64,000 nt of DNA from a virus. Lineage: Duplodnaviria; Caudoviricetes. Location: positions 160,001-224,000 of IMG/VR virus record IMGVR_UViG_3300033555_000001. One strand, given 5' to 3'. How positions within the stretch are numbered: the stretch's first letter is position 1; each line of letters opens with the position of its first letter. The notes beneath the pieces were generated by a model. The model saw nothing but the letters and a program-made list of their open reading frames with translations, was not told where the DNA came from and ran no database searches. Below are positions 19,204 to 28,297 of the stretch, in pieces. The position numbers and the translations under genes are program-made.

Positions 19204-20853
19204 TTACTCTGCGGGTGGCTCTTCTGCAGGGGTTAATGTCTTAAATGGCGCGTCTTCAAAGTCCGTGTCTAATAACCCAGCTGCAGGATCCATATCCATT
19301 TCATCAGTTCCACCACCACCTTGTGCAACGTCAGTTCCTACAATCACTGGCGCACGCTGAGAATAAACAGCATCGTCGTACAGCTGCTGCATGATAGGCA
19401 CACCTGCTGTATCAACCATGTTCTTTTCTTCTTTGAGCTGAACTTCATTCATCTGAATTTCATCGTCAGACAGACCAAGATAGCGCTTAAGAATAAACCG
19501 GCGTGACAACCATTTAACCTCTTGAATATTGGTAAACGAGCTAATAAGATCGGCGTCAAGAGCTGCCTGGCGGTAGAGTGCAAAGTTCGCTGGGTCTGGT
19601 AGTTTAATGCTGAATACTTCATCATCAACGTGTAGCCCACATACCTTTAGGTAAATCTTAAATTCGGCGTCGTAGATCTCATTGATCCTGTCCTGCAGCC
19701 TCGAAATAAAGTTCGCAAATCTGAGCTCTTCAATGTACGCAATACCTACTTTGCCGTCATTAGACTGCGGATCGGTGCCACCACTGCCGCCCATGTACGA
19801 GGTAGGAATACGCAGGCCGCGGAAGATCTTATCCTGGAATTGCTTGAGTAAATTAGTACCAAAGTCCTCGCTGCCACCGGGCAGTGTTTCAACCCGTGAA
19901 CCTTTACCGGCCGCTGTTACTGGGAAAAAGTAATCTTCTTGGAGTGAAGACGGATCGTACTGCCCGTCAACCGTGTCCTTCATGCCATTTGTCTGTACAC
20001 CCGGTGCGCGCTTTTGACGAATTTCATTTTTGATAGATTCAAGATAACGCTTTACCGCTTGCTGGTTCATGTTACCGGTGTCAATGTAGAACACGCGTCG
20101 CTCTGGGGCTCGCACAATTCGGTAAATGATTACTGCGTCTTCCAGCATTGACAGCTGGCGGTAAACGCGGAAAATTGGTTTTAGTACCGAAGCGCCAAAG
20201 GGTGCAGAGTCCCCCATGTCGTCTGACATAGAGAAATGAATCATTGCCGATGCTGGAACAATATCAAACTGCTCACCGCGATTTACACCAAAGCCAGTTG
20301 TACTTGCAATGCCAGGGCGGCGCAAATGATAATTTATTCGCGATCCCATTTCGTCAATTTCAATTCCAGCTACTAGCGATGGATCCACATACGCCCATTT
20401 TCTGGTGTCACTTGCCTTGCGGAAGAAACAATCACCGTACTTGATCATGCATCTTGATGTACTAAACACACGCTTCTTGAGGTCCTGCAGCTGTGCCCAC
20501 TGGCGTAGAGCCGCGCGAACTGTTACCGTTGTAGTATCTGAAACGTCTTGGTTATCTTCTTTTTGCCACTGAATTAAAAATGGCAACTCAGTCTTGTCAT
20601 CTTTACCGGACATTTCTTCTGCAATAATATCCAGTGAGCGAGAAATATCAATGTCTGCGTCCATTGCATCGTACTGCTTGTACGTTGCAGTACGGCCGCC
20701 AGGGCCGCGCATGATTTGCGAATACCAGGTAACGGCGGCCAACGAGCTGGCGTCAGTGCTGCGCGGATCGTATGCATCCGTTGCCAGCGTGGTGTACATT
20801 TGTTTTCGCGTCTTTGGAGATACTATCTTCCACATCGCGGAGAGTTGTGCCAT
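19204..20853 (-). CDS. Portal protein (gp20-like)
   Basis: LSMLEDAVIIYRIVRAPERRVFYIDTGN, EDYFFP, RVETLPGG and EELRF motifs. Confidence 0.97.
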   Translation of the reverse strand: MAQLSAMWKIVSPKTRKQMYTTLATDAYDPRSTDASSLAAVTWYSQIMRGPGGRTATYKQYDAMDADIDISRSLDIIAEEMSGKDDKTELPFLIQWQKEDNQDVSDTTTVTVRAALRQWAQLQDLKKRVFSTSRCMIKYGDCFFRKASDTRKWAYVDPSLVAGIEIDEMGSRINYHLRRPGIASTTGFGVNRGEQFDIVPASAMIHFSMSDDMGDSAPFGASVLKPIFRVYRQLSMLEDAVIIYRIVRAPERRVFYIDTGNMNQQAVKRYLESIKNEIRQKRAPGVQTNGMKDTVDGQYDPSSLQEDYFFPVTAAGKGSRVETLPGGSEDFGTNLLKQFQDKIFRGLRIPTSYMGGSGGTDPQSNDGKVGIAYIEELRFANFISRLQDRINEIYDAEFKIYLKVCGLHVDDEVFSIKLPDPANFALYRQAALDADLISSFTNIQEVKWLSRRFILKRYLGLSDDEIQMNEVQLKEEKNMVDTAGVPIMQQLYDDAVYSQRAPVIVGTDVAQGGGGTDEMDMDPAAGLLDTDFEDAPFKTLTPAEEPPAE

Positions 20854-20856
20854 GTA

Positions 20857-23775
20857 TTAGCCTCGTCTGAGGAGTTGATTAGTAAACTGTTCTGAATCAG
20901 CAAATCTAACTGCAGGACGCATGGCTAGCAGCATTGCGTCCGTGGCGTCTGCGTTTCGGGTTTCAACTGCTAGGTTATCACGCATGACTTGCAACATGCT
21001 TGTTAACACTATCATCATATCAGTATTTGTAGGTGTACCAACTGCAGGAACCTCTTTTGCTGCGACTGGTGGCGGTTCAATTGTATTTACCGTAGCCGGC
21101 ACAACAGCTTTTGGTATCTGAACCTGCGGCTGGCCCATGATTGCCTGTGCATCTCCGATTAGGGTTGATGCGCTGAGTGCACCGGCTTGGGCACTTGAAA
21201 ACTTTACTTGTGCCGCTGTTGCCTTAGTTGTAGCTTCAGTTGTTGCTTTTTCTGATTCAGCGGCGGCTTGTTGAGCGCTTTTACCCATTTTCTTAAGTGT
21301 TTTAGAACTATCGTCCCACAGCATACCCATAGCATTCATGTTTTCTGTTGAAGACTTTTCAAACGCCTCACCGCCGCCCTTTAAGTCTTTTACAAGCTGC
21401 GAGTCGTTGCTTAAAAACAAACCAAGCACGCTACCAAGGCCACTAAAGAGCCCGCCAAAAAAATGCTTAACCATTGCGTTTGCGCCCGCAACAAAAACGT
21501 CAAACTTGTTCTGCAACCAGCCGCCTGCGCCGGATCCAAAGACATAACCAAAAACGTCAATTAAAAAATTAGGAATTGCCGTTAAAAAGGCCGTAACAAC
21601 TCCGCCTACTCTGTTAAAAAAGCCACCGCTTGGATTTAATGCAATCGCCATTTCACCCGTAATTGCCTCTTTTATACCATCTATAATTCCAGCTATAGGC
21701 CCAAAAGCTTTGGCCGCGACCTTTAACCCGCCTATAATAGTGCCAATGCCGCCGGTTAGAGCGCCCGCGGTGCCGGCAAACACACTTCTGATTGCCGCTA
21801 GTGCGCCGTTAGAAGAGTTAATGGCCTGCACCCCGCTAATAGACGATTGCACCGCTCGAGGAATACCCGTAAGACTCGTGTAGAGGCCACTGGCGCCAGA
21901 TTTAATAGCCGCCAGTGGATTTAATAGCGTAGAAAGAACTGAACCGGTACCTTGTGCTACTTTAGCCAGCGCTCCAGTGGCTCCAGCGGCGCCACTGGCA
22001 CCCTGTGCGCCGGTTGCTAGTGCTCCAGCGGCTCCTTTGATACCTCCGCCGGTCAATAGAGATCCCATTAACTTGACTATTGGTCCACGGAATAGGGTAA
22101 GCAGTACGCCGCCAACCGCAGCTCCAATAGCAGGCACAATACTTTTTTGTATGCCCTCAGTCCATGCGGTTAACTTACCAACAGCTCGACCAAAAGAACC
22201 TACTGACTTACCAAAATCAGCGTTAGCCGTAGCGGGGCCGCTGTCAGCTGCAAGTGCCGCGGCATCGCTGGCCTTCCCAACTTGGCCAAGCTTTGTGGCA
22301 TCAATTTTTGCCCTCAAGTCTTCAATCGCGTGCTGCATGCCTAAATTACCGTTATTTGCCGCCTCTGCATACAGCGCATTTATTTTCTTAGAAAATTCGC
22401 CCTTGCGAGCGACCAATTCCTGGCTTTCTGCTCCAGTAATTGCAGTACCTTTAAGGCCAAGTTCGGTTATTCGCTGCGCATTTCCAGTATCGCCAGTAAG
22501 TGCGCCAAGGTTTAGGATAGCAGCGCGCTGGTCTAATCTTTCTGTAACTGTTGCTCCGCGTGCGGCAATAAGCGCATTACCAAGCGCTGTTGCTGCCTCG
22601 CCGGTTAAACCTAACCTGTTTCCAAGTGTTCTGATCTGTATCAATTCCTGCATTCGCGCCTGACGCTGAGCTGGTGCCAAGCCCAACATCTCACGCTGCA
22701 CCTGTTCATTCTTGCCAAGGCCGTCTACAACTTTTGCAAACTCATCAGTAGTAAGCAGAGTAGAAGCACGCAGATCTGAGAACGTTTTAATTTGTGCGTC
22801 TACAGCGCTACCAAGATCGCTGTTAAGAATACCAAATTCAGTACCGGTAGAGGCCAGTGCAGCCTGGAATGTTCGCGCTTCAGCTCCAAAGACGCCAATT
22901 GTTGCCAGCTGGCCATCGGCGGCCGAAATTAATTTATCGTATTCATTCAGACTGCCCTGACGCGCGGCGGTGCTGGAGTTCTCACGCACCATTTCGGTGT
23001 ACTCTTTTAACGACATGCCGGCCCTGGCCGCAAAGAACGACAGATCCGCCAAGTTACCGGCCGAGCCCAAGCCAAGGCGGGCGAGCGTCAAGTAATCAGC
23101 GGTTAATTTTGTTGTTATGTCAATAAGGCCTGAAAATACGGTAACAACTCCACCCGCAACAGCGCCAAGGCCTGTAAATCGTCCCAACATTTTGTCAACA
23201 GTGGTGCCAAACGCTGTAGTAGTACTGTCTAATCGCGTAGGCACTGGCCTGATCGCGCTATCTGCACCAGCCCGGCGGCGCATGCGCGCCTGTAAAATTC
23301 GGGCGGCTTCCTCGGTCGGCGCGTTAGAAGCGGCTCGCGGCGTTGCTGCTGCAGCTGCACCGTTTAAACCGAGTCCTTTTAATCTTGTGGCTGCTCCGCG
23401 CAACACGCCCATGAGCGAGTCAATTAAACCACTGCCGGTACCGCCGGATGTTGGTGTAGCCCCACCCTTTGCCGCGGTAAGTGTACCTTTAAATTTGGCC
23501 ATTTCAGAGGCAAGGGAGCCAAATCCGGTGGTTGTGCGGCCAACTGACGTGTTTAAGCTTACTAAGCTTTTATTCAGCCCGAGCAGTGCGTCATTTGTAT
23601 TCTTAGCTGTTAAGGCAATAGCTGTAAAAACTCGGGTGCCGGCGCGAATAGCTCCAGCGTTTTTTGCCTGCTCTGCTTTGTCTGCTGAAGATGGAAGCCG
23701 CCCGCCCGAGCCCGCCATTGCATTGCTGAGCAGTGTTTTGATATTTTCTAGCGTTTTAAGGATTTGTTCATCCAT
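20857..23775 (-). CDS. Putative tape-measure protein, 972 aa
   Basis: Long Ala/Gly-rich helical protein with hydrophobic stretches; transcribed divergently from gp26/gp51-like genes. Confidence 0.6.
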   Translation of the reverse strand: MDEQILKTLENIKTLLSNAMAGSGGRLPSSADKAEQAKNAGAIRAGTRVFTAIALTAKNTNDALLGLNKSLVSLNTSVGRTTTGFGSLASEMAKFKGTLTAAKGGATPTSGGTGSGLIDSLMGVLRGAATRLKGLGLNGAAAAATPRAASNAPTEEAARILQARMRRRAGADSAIRPVPTRLDSTTTAFGTTVDKMLGRFTGLGAVAGGVVTVFSGLIDITTKLTADYLTLARLGLGSAGNLADLSFFAARAGMSLKEYTEMVRENSSTAARQGSLNEYDKLISAADGQLATIGVFGAEARTFQAALASTGTEFGILNSDLGSAVDAQIKTFSDLRASTLLTTDEFAKVVDGLGKNEQVQREMLGLAPAQRQARMQELIQIRTLGNRLGLTGEAATALGNALIAARGATVTERLDQRAAILNLGALTGDTGNAQRITELGLKGTAITGAESQELVARKGEFSKKINALYAEAANNGNLGMQHAIEDLRAKIDATKLGQVGKASDAAALAADSGPATANADFGKSVGSFGRAVGKLTAWTEGIQKSIVPAIGAAVGGVLLTLFRGPIVKLMGSLLTGGGIKGAAGALATGAQGASGAAGATGALAKVAQGTGSVLSTLLNPLAAIKSGASGLYTSLTGIPRAVQSSISGVQAINSSNGALAAIRSVFAGTAGALTGGIGTIIGGLKVAAKAFGPIAGIIDGIKEAITGEMAIALNPSGGFFNRVGGVVTAFLTAIPNFLIDVFGYVFGSGAGGWLQNKFDVFVAGANAMVKHFFGGLFSGLGSVLGLFLSNDSQLVKDLKGGGEAFEKSSTENMNAMGMLWDDSSKTLKKMGKSAQQAAAESEKATTEATTKATAAQVKFSSAQAGALSASTLIGDAQAIMGQPQVQIPKAVVPATVNTIEPPPVAAKEVPAVGTPTNTDMMIVLTSMLQVMRDNLAVETRNADATDAMLLAMRPAVRFADSEQFTNQLLRRG

Positions 23776-23847
23776 CCTGGGTGTCCGGTAAGCCCTTAAC
23801 AGGGCAGCGTAAATAGGTGATCTATTTAGATAAGAGGACTACGTCAC

Positions 23848-24636
23848 ATGTCTGACACTCAAAACCCGCTGCTGGCCAAGATTAAATTGCCAGGCCGCAC
23901 ATTCCAGCTCCCATCCCGTGGTGCAATGTACAACAATGGTGAATTAGCAGCAGATTCGCCAACCGGCGAAATTCAAGTATATCCGCTAAGCGCTCTTGCT
24001 GAAATAAATTTAAAGAACCCTGATTTGCTGTTTAACGGCCAGGCATTGGTTGCTGTGCTGAATGAGTGCGTTCCAGCAATTAAAAAGCCGCTAGACATGT
24101 TTGGGCGAGATGTTGACGCGCTGCTGTTCTTCTTGCGACTAGCAACGTACGGCCAAGAGTATCGGATTGAAGTAAAGCACGATTGCGCAGAGGCTAAACA
24201 ACACGCCTATGCGGTTAATTTAGAAGAAGTAATCCAGCGCATGGTATTTCTTGACCCAACAGTTATTGCCAGTAAACAGACGGTGGTGCTGTCAAATGGC
24301 CAGACCGTTTATACTCGCCCAATGAAGTTCAGCGATATTATTGCGCTCTTTCATAAGAGCGGCAGCAAAAAAGAACTTACCCCAGATGACATCAAAGAAC
24401 TTGCTGTTACTAATCTTATGTCAATGATCGAGCGAGTTGAGGATATTACTAACGCAGCTATGATTGAAGAGTGGGTGCGCACGCTTACGACTCCAATGTT
24501 TAATCGAATTACTGAGGCTGCAAACGAGCTCAACAGTTGGGGTCCTGAGCAAGTGGTAGAAATCAAGTGCAAAGACTGCCACGGAACAATGCGCGTAGAG
24601 CTGCCGCTGAATCCTGTATCTTTTTTCACCGAATGA
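23848..24636 (+). CDS. Baseplate/tail assembly chaperone (gp26-like)
   Basis: FQLPSRG, IQVYPLSALAEINL, CKDCHG and LNPVSFF motifs. Confidence 0.8.
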   Translation: MSDTQNPLLAKIKLPGRTFQLPSRGAMYNNGELAADSPTGEIQVYPLSALAEINLKNPDLLFNGQALVAVLNECVPAIKKPLDMFGRDVDALLFFLRLATYGQEYRIEVKHDCAEAKQHAYAVNLEEVIQRMVFLDPTVIASKQTVVLSNGQTVYTRPMKFSDIIALFHKSGSKKELTPDDIKELAVTNLMSMIERVEDITNAAMIEEWVRTLTTPMFNRITEAANELNSWGPEQVVEIKCKDCHGTMRVELPLNPVSFFTE

Positions 24637-24863
24637 TTTTGGATGGCGATCGCACCAAAATCATAAACATGATCGATAGAATGTCCCTGGATGTCAAGGC
24701 GCTTATTCAGTGCGCACTTGATATTGCAACACATACTAGAGGCGGCGTGCCGTACGAGACCGCACTTAACATGTCAGCTTTTGAGCGTGATCTGGCAATT
24801 GAGGGAATTAATAAGAGATTAGAGGCTGCGTCTAAGTCTCCATTTGGTGGCATGATGATGTAA
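24633..24863 (+). CDS. Hub assembly catalyst gp51-like / second tail chaperone ORF
   Basis: ATG overlaps the gp26 stop (ATGA); YETALNMSAFERDLAIE resembles the gp51 motif. Confidence 0.65.
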   Translation: MILDGDRTKIINMIDRMSLDVKALIQCALDIATHTRGGVPYETALNMSAFERDLAIEGINKRLEAASKSPFGGMMM

Positions 24864-24864
24864 T

Positions 24865-24892
24865 AAAAGGGGATCTTATAAGATCCCCTTTT
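24865..24892. terminator. Bidirectional intrinsic terminator
   Basis: Perfect 28-nt palindrome AAAAGGGGATCTTATAAGATCCCCTTTT between convergent genes. Confidence 0.85.
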
Positions 24893-24924
24893 CTTTTATT
24901 CGGCATTTAGGTTAATGTCAAGTA

Positions 24925-26175
24925 CTACGCCGTAAGACGAAGGTTTAATTTCTTCATGATTTCTGGCAGCCGATCCAAATACTGCTGAGGCACGCCATCT
25001 AGCCCATCATGCACCATAATTCCATGCTGATCAACAGCTTCCCAGAGCGCATATCTGGCGCGGCGTTCCCACGCAAAGTACCCACTGAATACCGATTTTA
25101 TATTTTGCCTGTTAGGCGCACGCTTGAGCAGTCCAAGACAGGCGTATTTTCTGGCAGCCGAGAACTGCGCAGCAATTCGCTGCAGGCGAGCACCAATTAA
25201 CATTAACTCAGACGTAGTAGCGTGTGGCGCAGCTTTGAGAATAATATCAGCGGTGAGTGAAAAGCCCGATCCGTTGGTTAGTAGTGTTGGGGAAATCTTT
25301 GAACCATTAGCCAGGCTCATGAGCACTTGCTTGATGGTACCGCGGTATTGATCAGTATACGGGTGCTGCAAAATCTGTAAACACAGCTCTTCCCTAAACG
25401 ATTCTTTATCTTCAAGCAGCCGCAACAAATCTGGAAACATCAGCCGCAGCGCGTTAGATCGATCGTGAAATGCTACTTCCAAGTGCTCCATTAAAAACTG
25501 CACATACGCAGAGTCAAGATCAATTCCCTGACCAAAGAGCATTTCTCTGAGCCAACCAGGCCAGGTTTCAACCGCGGCGATTGGCCACACTGAAGTATCT
25601 CGTAGCTGCAATTTACCACTGCGTGCAAAATAAAAGTTTATTTCTGGTGGCTGCCGTAATAACCAAATAAGCTGTGGGATAATTTCTGGCCGGCCGGTTG
25701 ATAACAGCCGGTTAATTATTACTGACTGATTGAGATTGGGCTGCAGATAGACTTTTGAAATAGCCGCATTTTCCGGCCTGACTCCTGGCTCGTAGTGCAG
25801 CTCAGTGGTTACGGCGTTAACCAGTTCTAAATCTGTGCGACTCAGTGTGCGAGGCACAAGAGTGCTCAGCTCCATGTTCTCTTCGCCAAGATTAAACCCA
25901 AGCTGCTTTATGGTGAAAAAGTAATCAAGGGCCGGTCGGTAATCGCGTACTTGATCCCTGAGATCCATTAGCCGCACTTGTACTTCACAGAAGCCCCGCG
26001 GCTTGCCGGATTTAATTGCTCCACGATACAAGTTCGCAAGCCATAAGATTAAGTCCTGGCGAGCCTCAATTTTTCCACGATGCAGTCGCTGCAGATCAGG
26101 CCAAAACTGCGTCCAGTGCAGGGGGTGATTGTGTGGCAAAGCGCCGGTGATGTTTAGCTTGTATGGACGTGTCAT
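24925..26175 (-). CDS. Minimal family-A/T7-RNAP-superfamily polymerase-like protein, 416 aa
   Basis: Motif A-like IDLDSAYVQF (D219), motif B-like RGTIKQVLMSLANG, motif C-like MVHDG (D390). Confidence 0.55.
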   Translation of the reverse strand: MTRPYKLNITGALPHNHPLHWTQFWPDLQRLHRGKIEARQDLILWLANLYRGAIKSGKPRGFCEVQVRLMDLRDQVRDYRPALDYFFTIKQLGFNLGEENMELSTLVPRTLSRTDLELVNAVTTELHYEPGVRPENAAISKVYLQPNLNQSVIINRLLSTGRPEIIPQLIWLLRQPPEINFYFARSGKLQLRDTSVWPIAAVETWPGWLREMLFGQGIDLDSAYVQFLMEHLEVAFHDRSNALRLMFPDLLRLLEDKESFREELCLQILQHPYTDQYRGTIKQVLMSLANGSKISPTLLTNGSGFSLTADIILKAAPHATTSELMLIGARLQRIAAQFSAARKYACLGLLKRAPNRQNIKSVFSGYFAWERRARYALWEAVDQHGIMVHDGLDGVPQQYLDRLPEIMKKLNLRLTA

Positions 26176-26203
26176 GCTGTAATTGTATCATCTTCTAGAT
26201 GCT

Positions 26204-26229
26204 AAAAAGGGCATACAGTGTATGCCCCT
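26204..26229 (-). terminator. Intrinsic terminator
   Basis: GGGCATAC-AGT-GTATGCCC stem; the A5 tract gives a U tail on the minus strand. Confidence 0.7.
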
Positions 26230-26251
26230 CTGGTTATTCAAACTGCAGAAA

Positions 26252-26479
26252 TTAGGGGAAAGCGCCTAACCAATACCCAATGCCGTGAATAACTCCAATT
26301 GGAAACAGCAAGGCTCCGGCAATTAACAGGATCCAAAAACCTGCTTTAATTGAAACCACAATGTGCGTCAGCCATGCCGCAAAAATGATAACTGGAAGAG
26401 CAACAAATAGTAGCACCGTTGCCACCGCACCTTTCTTGCTAAAGAATGAGTTAAAGCTAGAGCTAATCCTGTTAAACAT
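26252..26479 (-). CDS. Small membrane protein
   Basis: Two to three TM segments; ATG 26479 overlaps the stop of the upstream ORF. Confidence 0.6.
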   Translation of the reverse strand: MFNRISSSFNSFFSKKGAVATVLLFVALPVIIFAAWLTHIVVSIKAGFWILLIAGALLFPIGVIHGIGYWLGAFP

Positions 26480-26681
26480 TAGCTGCCGGCGGTGCAGTAC
26501 CCTGCCGCACGCTCTTTTTAAGAGCCAAATATGCGCCACGAAAAGTATTACTGTTTACGGTGACCGTGCCACGCTTGTCCCGTGTGTACGCCACGGCTTT
26601 GACGTCGACGCCCTGTGCAATTGCAGCTTTTTCTAGATTACGGGTAACTTTGCGCAGGCTTTTTGCTGTTTTAGCGTTCAT
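26472..26681 (-). CDS. Small basic hypothetical protein
   Basis: GAGGAG Shine-Dalgarno; Lys/Arg rich. Confidence 0.6.
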   Translation of the reverse strand: MNAKTAKSLRKVTRNLEKAAIAQGVDVKAVAYTRDKRGTVTVNSNTFRGAYLALKKSVRQGTAPPAANV

Positions 26682-26740
26682 TGTGTGCTCCTCTTAAAAA
26701 TACTATTTTAGCCTGTATTGAATTTTAAGAGAGAGCCTTT

Positions 26741-27139
26741 TTAGGTTGATGCTTTTGCTGCCTTGGCTTTAACTCTGGCGCGCTTTGTTTTAAGCTTTCG
26801 ACGTTCTGCTTTTTCTTCAGGGGTGAAGTGCGTAGGGTGAATCAGTGCAGTTTGATTTGCGGCGTGCGTGCTAAGATAATTACCGGCCCCGTGCAAAAAG
26901 GCGATTAGCTGTGCGGGTTTCATGCCATATCGCGGCGCGCCATTTTCCACTTTTCCGAGCAAACTATTACAACTGCGGTGCAGCACGGCTCGAACGTGTC
27001 CGCCTTTATGGCAGTGATCTAGCACCGCCTCTTCTGGAGTGCAAACTAAGTTGCAAATAGCACAAAACCCGCCTTGCTGTTCGTGCATCAGCGTGCGGGT
27101 TTTCTTTACACCGGTAGTCTTAAGTTTTGTAGGAGTCAT
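26741..27139 (-). CDS. Recombination endonuclease VII-like (gp49-like)
   Basis: CAIC...LDHCHKGGHVRAVLHRSCNSLLG motif. Confidence 0.85.
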   Translation of the reverse strand: MTPTKLKTTGVKKTRTLMHEQQGGFCAICNLVCTPEEAVLDHCHKGGHVRAVLHRSCNSLLGKVENGAPRYGMKPAQLIAFLHGAGNYLSTHAANQTALIHPTHFTPEEKAERRKLKTKRARVKAKAAKAST

Positions 27140-27142
27140 CCC

Positions 27143-27415
27143 CTATTTAACTGGGCTCTGCTCACCCCAAATTTCCATTTCTTCTGGTTCACCCGTAACG
27201 ATTAATGTTTTACCGCTTGCTTTTATAATACCATATTCACCATCGTCCCAAATTTCTTGAGGATCGGGAATGATTGTAACTTTACGTGTAATATAGCAAA
27301 ATCCATCTCGGGCTGTTGGAAATTTATTTGAAAAGTACCGCTCATTGTCTCGCTGAGTAATATAAATTTTAGCAGAGGCAGTGCGCGGTTTTTCTAAGAT
27401 TTCTGATAATTTCAC
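27143..27415 (-). CDS. Hypothetical putative head-internal protein
   Basis: Leader MKLSEILE. Confidence 0.5.
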   Translation of the reverse strand: MKLSEILEKPRTASAKIYITQRDNERYFSNKFPTARDGFCYITRKVTIIPDPQEIWDDGEYGIIKASGKTLIVTGEPEEMEIWGEQSPVK

Positions 27416-27876
27416 GGCGACTTCTTCAATGAAGACTCAAAGGTAGAGGCTTCTTCAATTTCAAAGTTAAACGAATTATCAGTTACTCGCTTGACGACGT
27501 AATCACCATCATTTAGCTGCGCGGTCATACTGTTTTCAAGTTGAACTTCAATTGTATCTCCGGAGTACTTAAACGCTGAAATTTTAAGTGGATCCATGTA
27601 GACGGTAAAACCCTCGGCATCAGCCGTTTGATTAGGGCGAATTGGAGCCAGTGTTTTAGAGAGTTCAACCGCGCTAAACGTGCCAAACGGTTTTGATGTT
27701 GTACCAACCACGCTCAAGACCTCGTACGTTACTGGCTTTGTATCCAGTGGGCGAACCATGTAAGTAAGGGTTGATACGTACTTTGAAACTTCGGATTCGT
27801 TATTTGACCACAGGTCTTCTACGGCAACTTTTTCAATTGCCGCTTCAAAGATAGGTTTTAGATCTGATAATTTCAT
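27412..27876 (-). CDS. Hypothetical putative head-internal protein
   Basis: Leader MKLSDLKPIFE; late promoter TAAATA upstream. Confidence 0.55.
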   Translation of the reverse strand: MKLSDLKPIFEAAIEKVAVEDLWSNNESEVSKYVSTLTYMVRPLDTKPVTYEVLSVVGTTSKPFGTFSAVELSKTLAPIRPNQTADAEGFTVYMDPLKISAFKYSGDTIEVQLENSMTAQLNDGDYVVKRVTDNSFNFEIEEASTFESSLKKSP

Positions 27877-27883
27877 GACTGCT

Positions 27884-27916
27884 CCTGTAAGATCAGATAT
27901 TTAGCCCTCTATGATC
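27884..27916. repeat. 33-nt direct repeat, copy 2 (copy 1 at 28281-28313, which spans the gp46 3' end and TAAATA)
   Basis: CCTGTAAGATCAG(A/G)TATTTAGCCCTCTATGATC, 32/33 identical. Confidence 0.9.
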
Positions 27917-27934
27917 TTGATAAGTCTACGGTGT

Positions 27935-28273
27935 TTAATAAAGTGGTTTTTTCTTAGTGAAAATTACATCGAACGAATTATCATTCTGTTCAAAACGAAA
28001 CATCGCCCAACCAGCAGCTTTTTCTTTTGCTATTGCTAAATTAAATGTCGCTTTATAAACATCAGGCGTGGTATTTTTTGGCATCTTAATAAGTTTTGAT
28101 TTGACGTCGCAGCCAGCGTTGTATAACTTCATCAGCTTGGTGGCGTCGGCACGCGACATCCATATATTGGCTGCAGAACCTTTGTCTTCAAGAAACTCAT
28201 AGAAGCCGTCAAGATCGGTAAATGCAAATCGCAATTTGGCTTCGGTAATTTGTAATAGCTGCTTCAATATCAT
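27935..28273 (-). CDS. Hypothetical putative head-internal protein
   Basis: Leader MILKQLLQITE; enclosed by the 33-nt repeats. Confidence 0.55.
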   Translation of the reverse strand: MILKQLLQITEAKLRFAFTDLDGFYEFLEDKGSAANIWMSRADATKLMKLYNAGCDVKSKLIKMPKNTTPDVYKATFNLAIAKEKAAGWAMFRFEQNDNSFDVIFTKKKPLY

Positions 28274-28297
28274 AATTCCCCCTGTAAGATCAGGTAT

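Noticed and set aside
15645-23791. Long antisense ORFs opposite capsid, scaffold, portal and tape-measure genes (e.g. 16588-17481, 21977-22663, 23117-23791; also 44080-45072)
   Set aside because: They are explained by codon bias of highly expressed genes on the other strand, and have no RBS or recognisable motifs.
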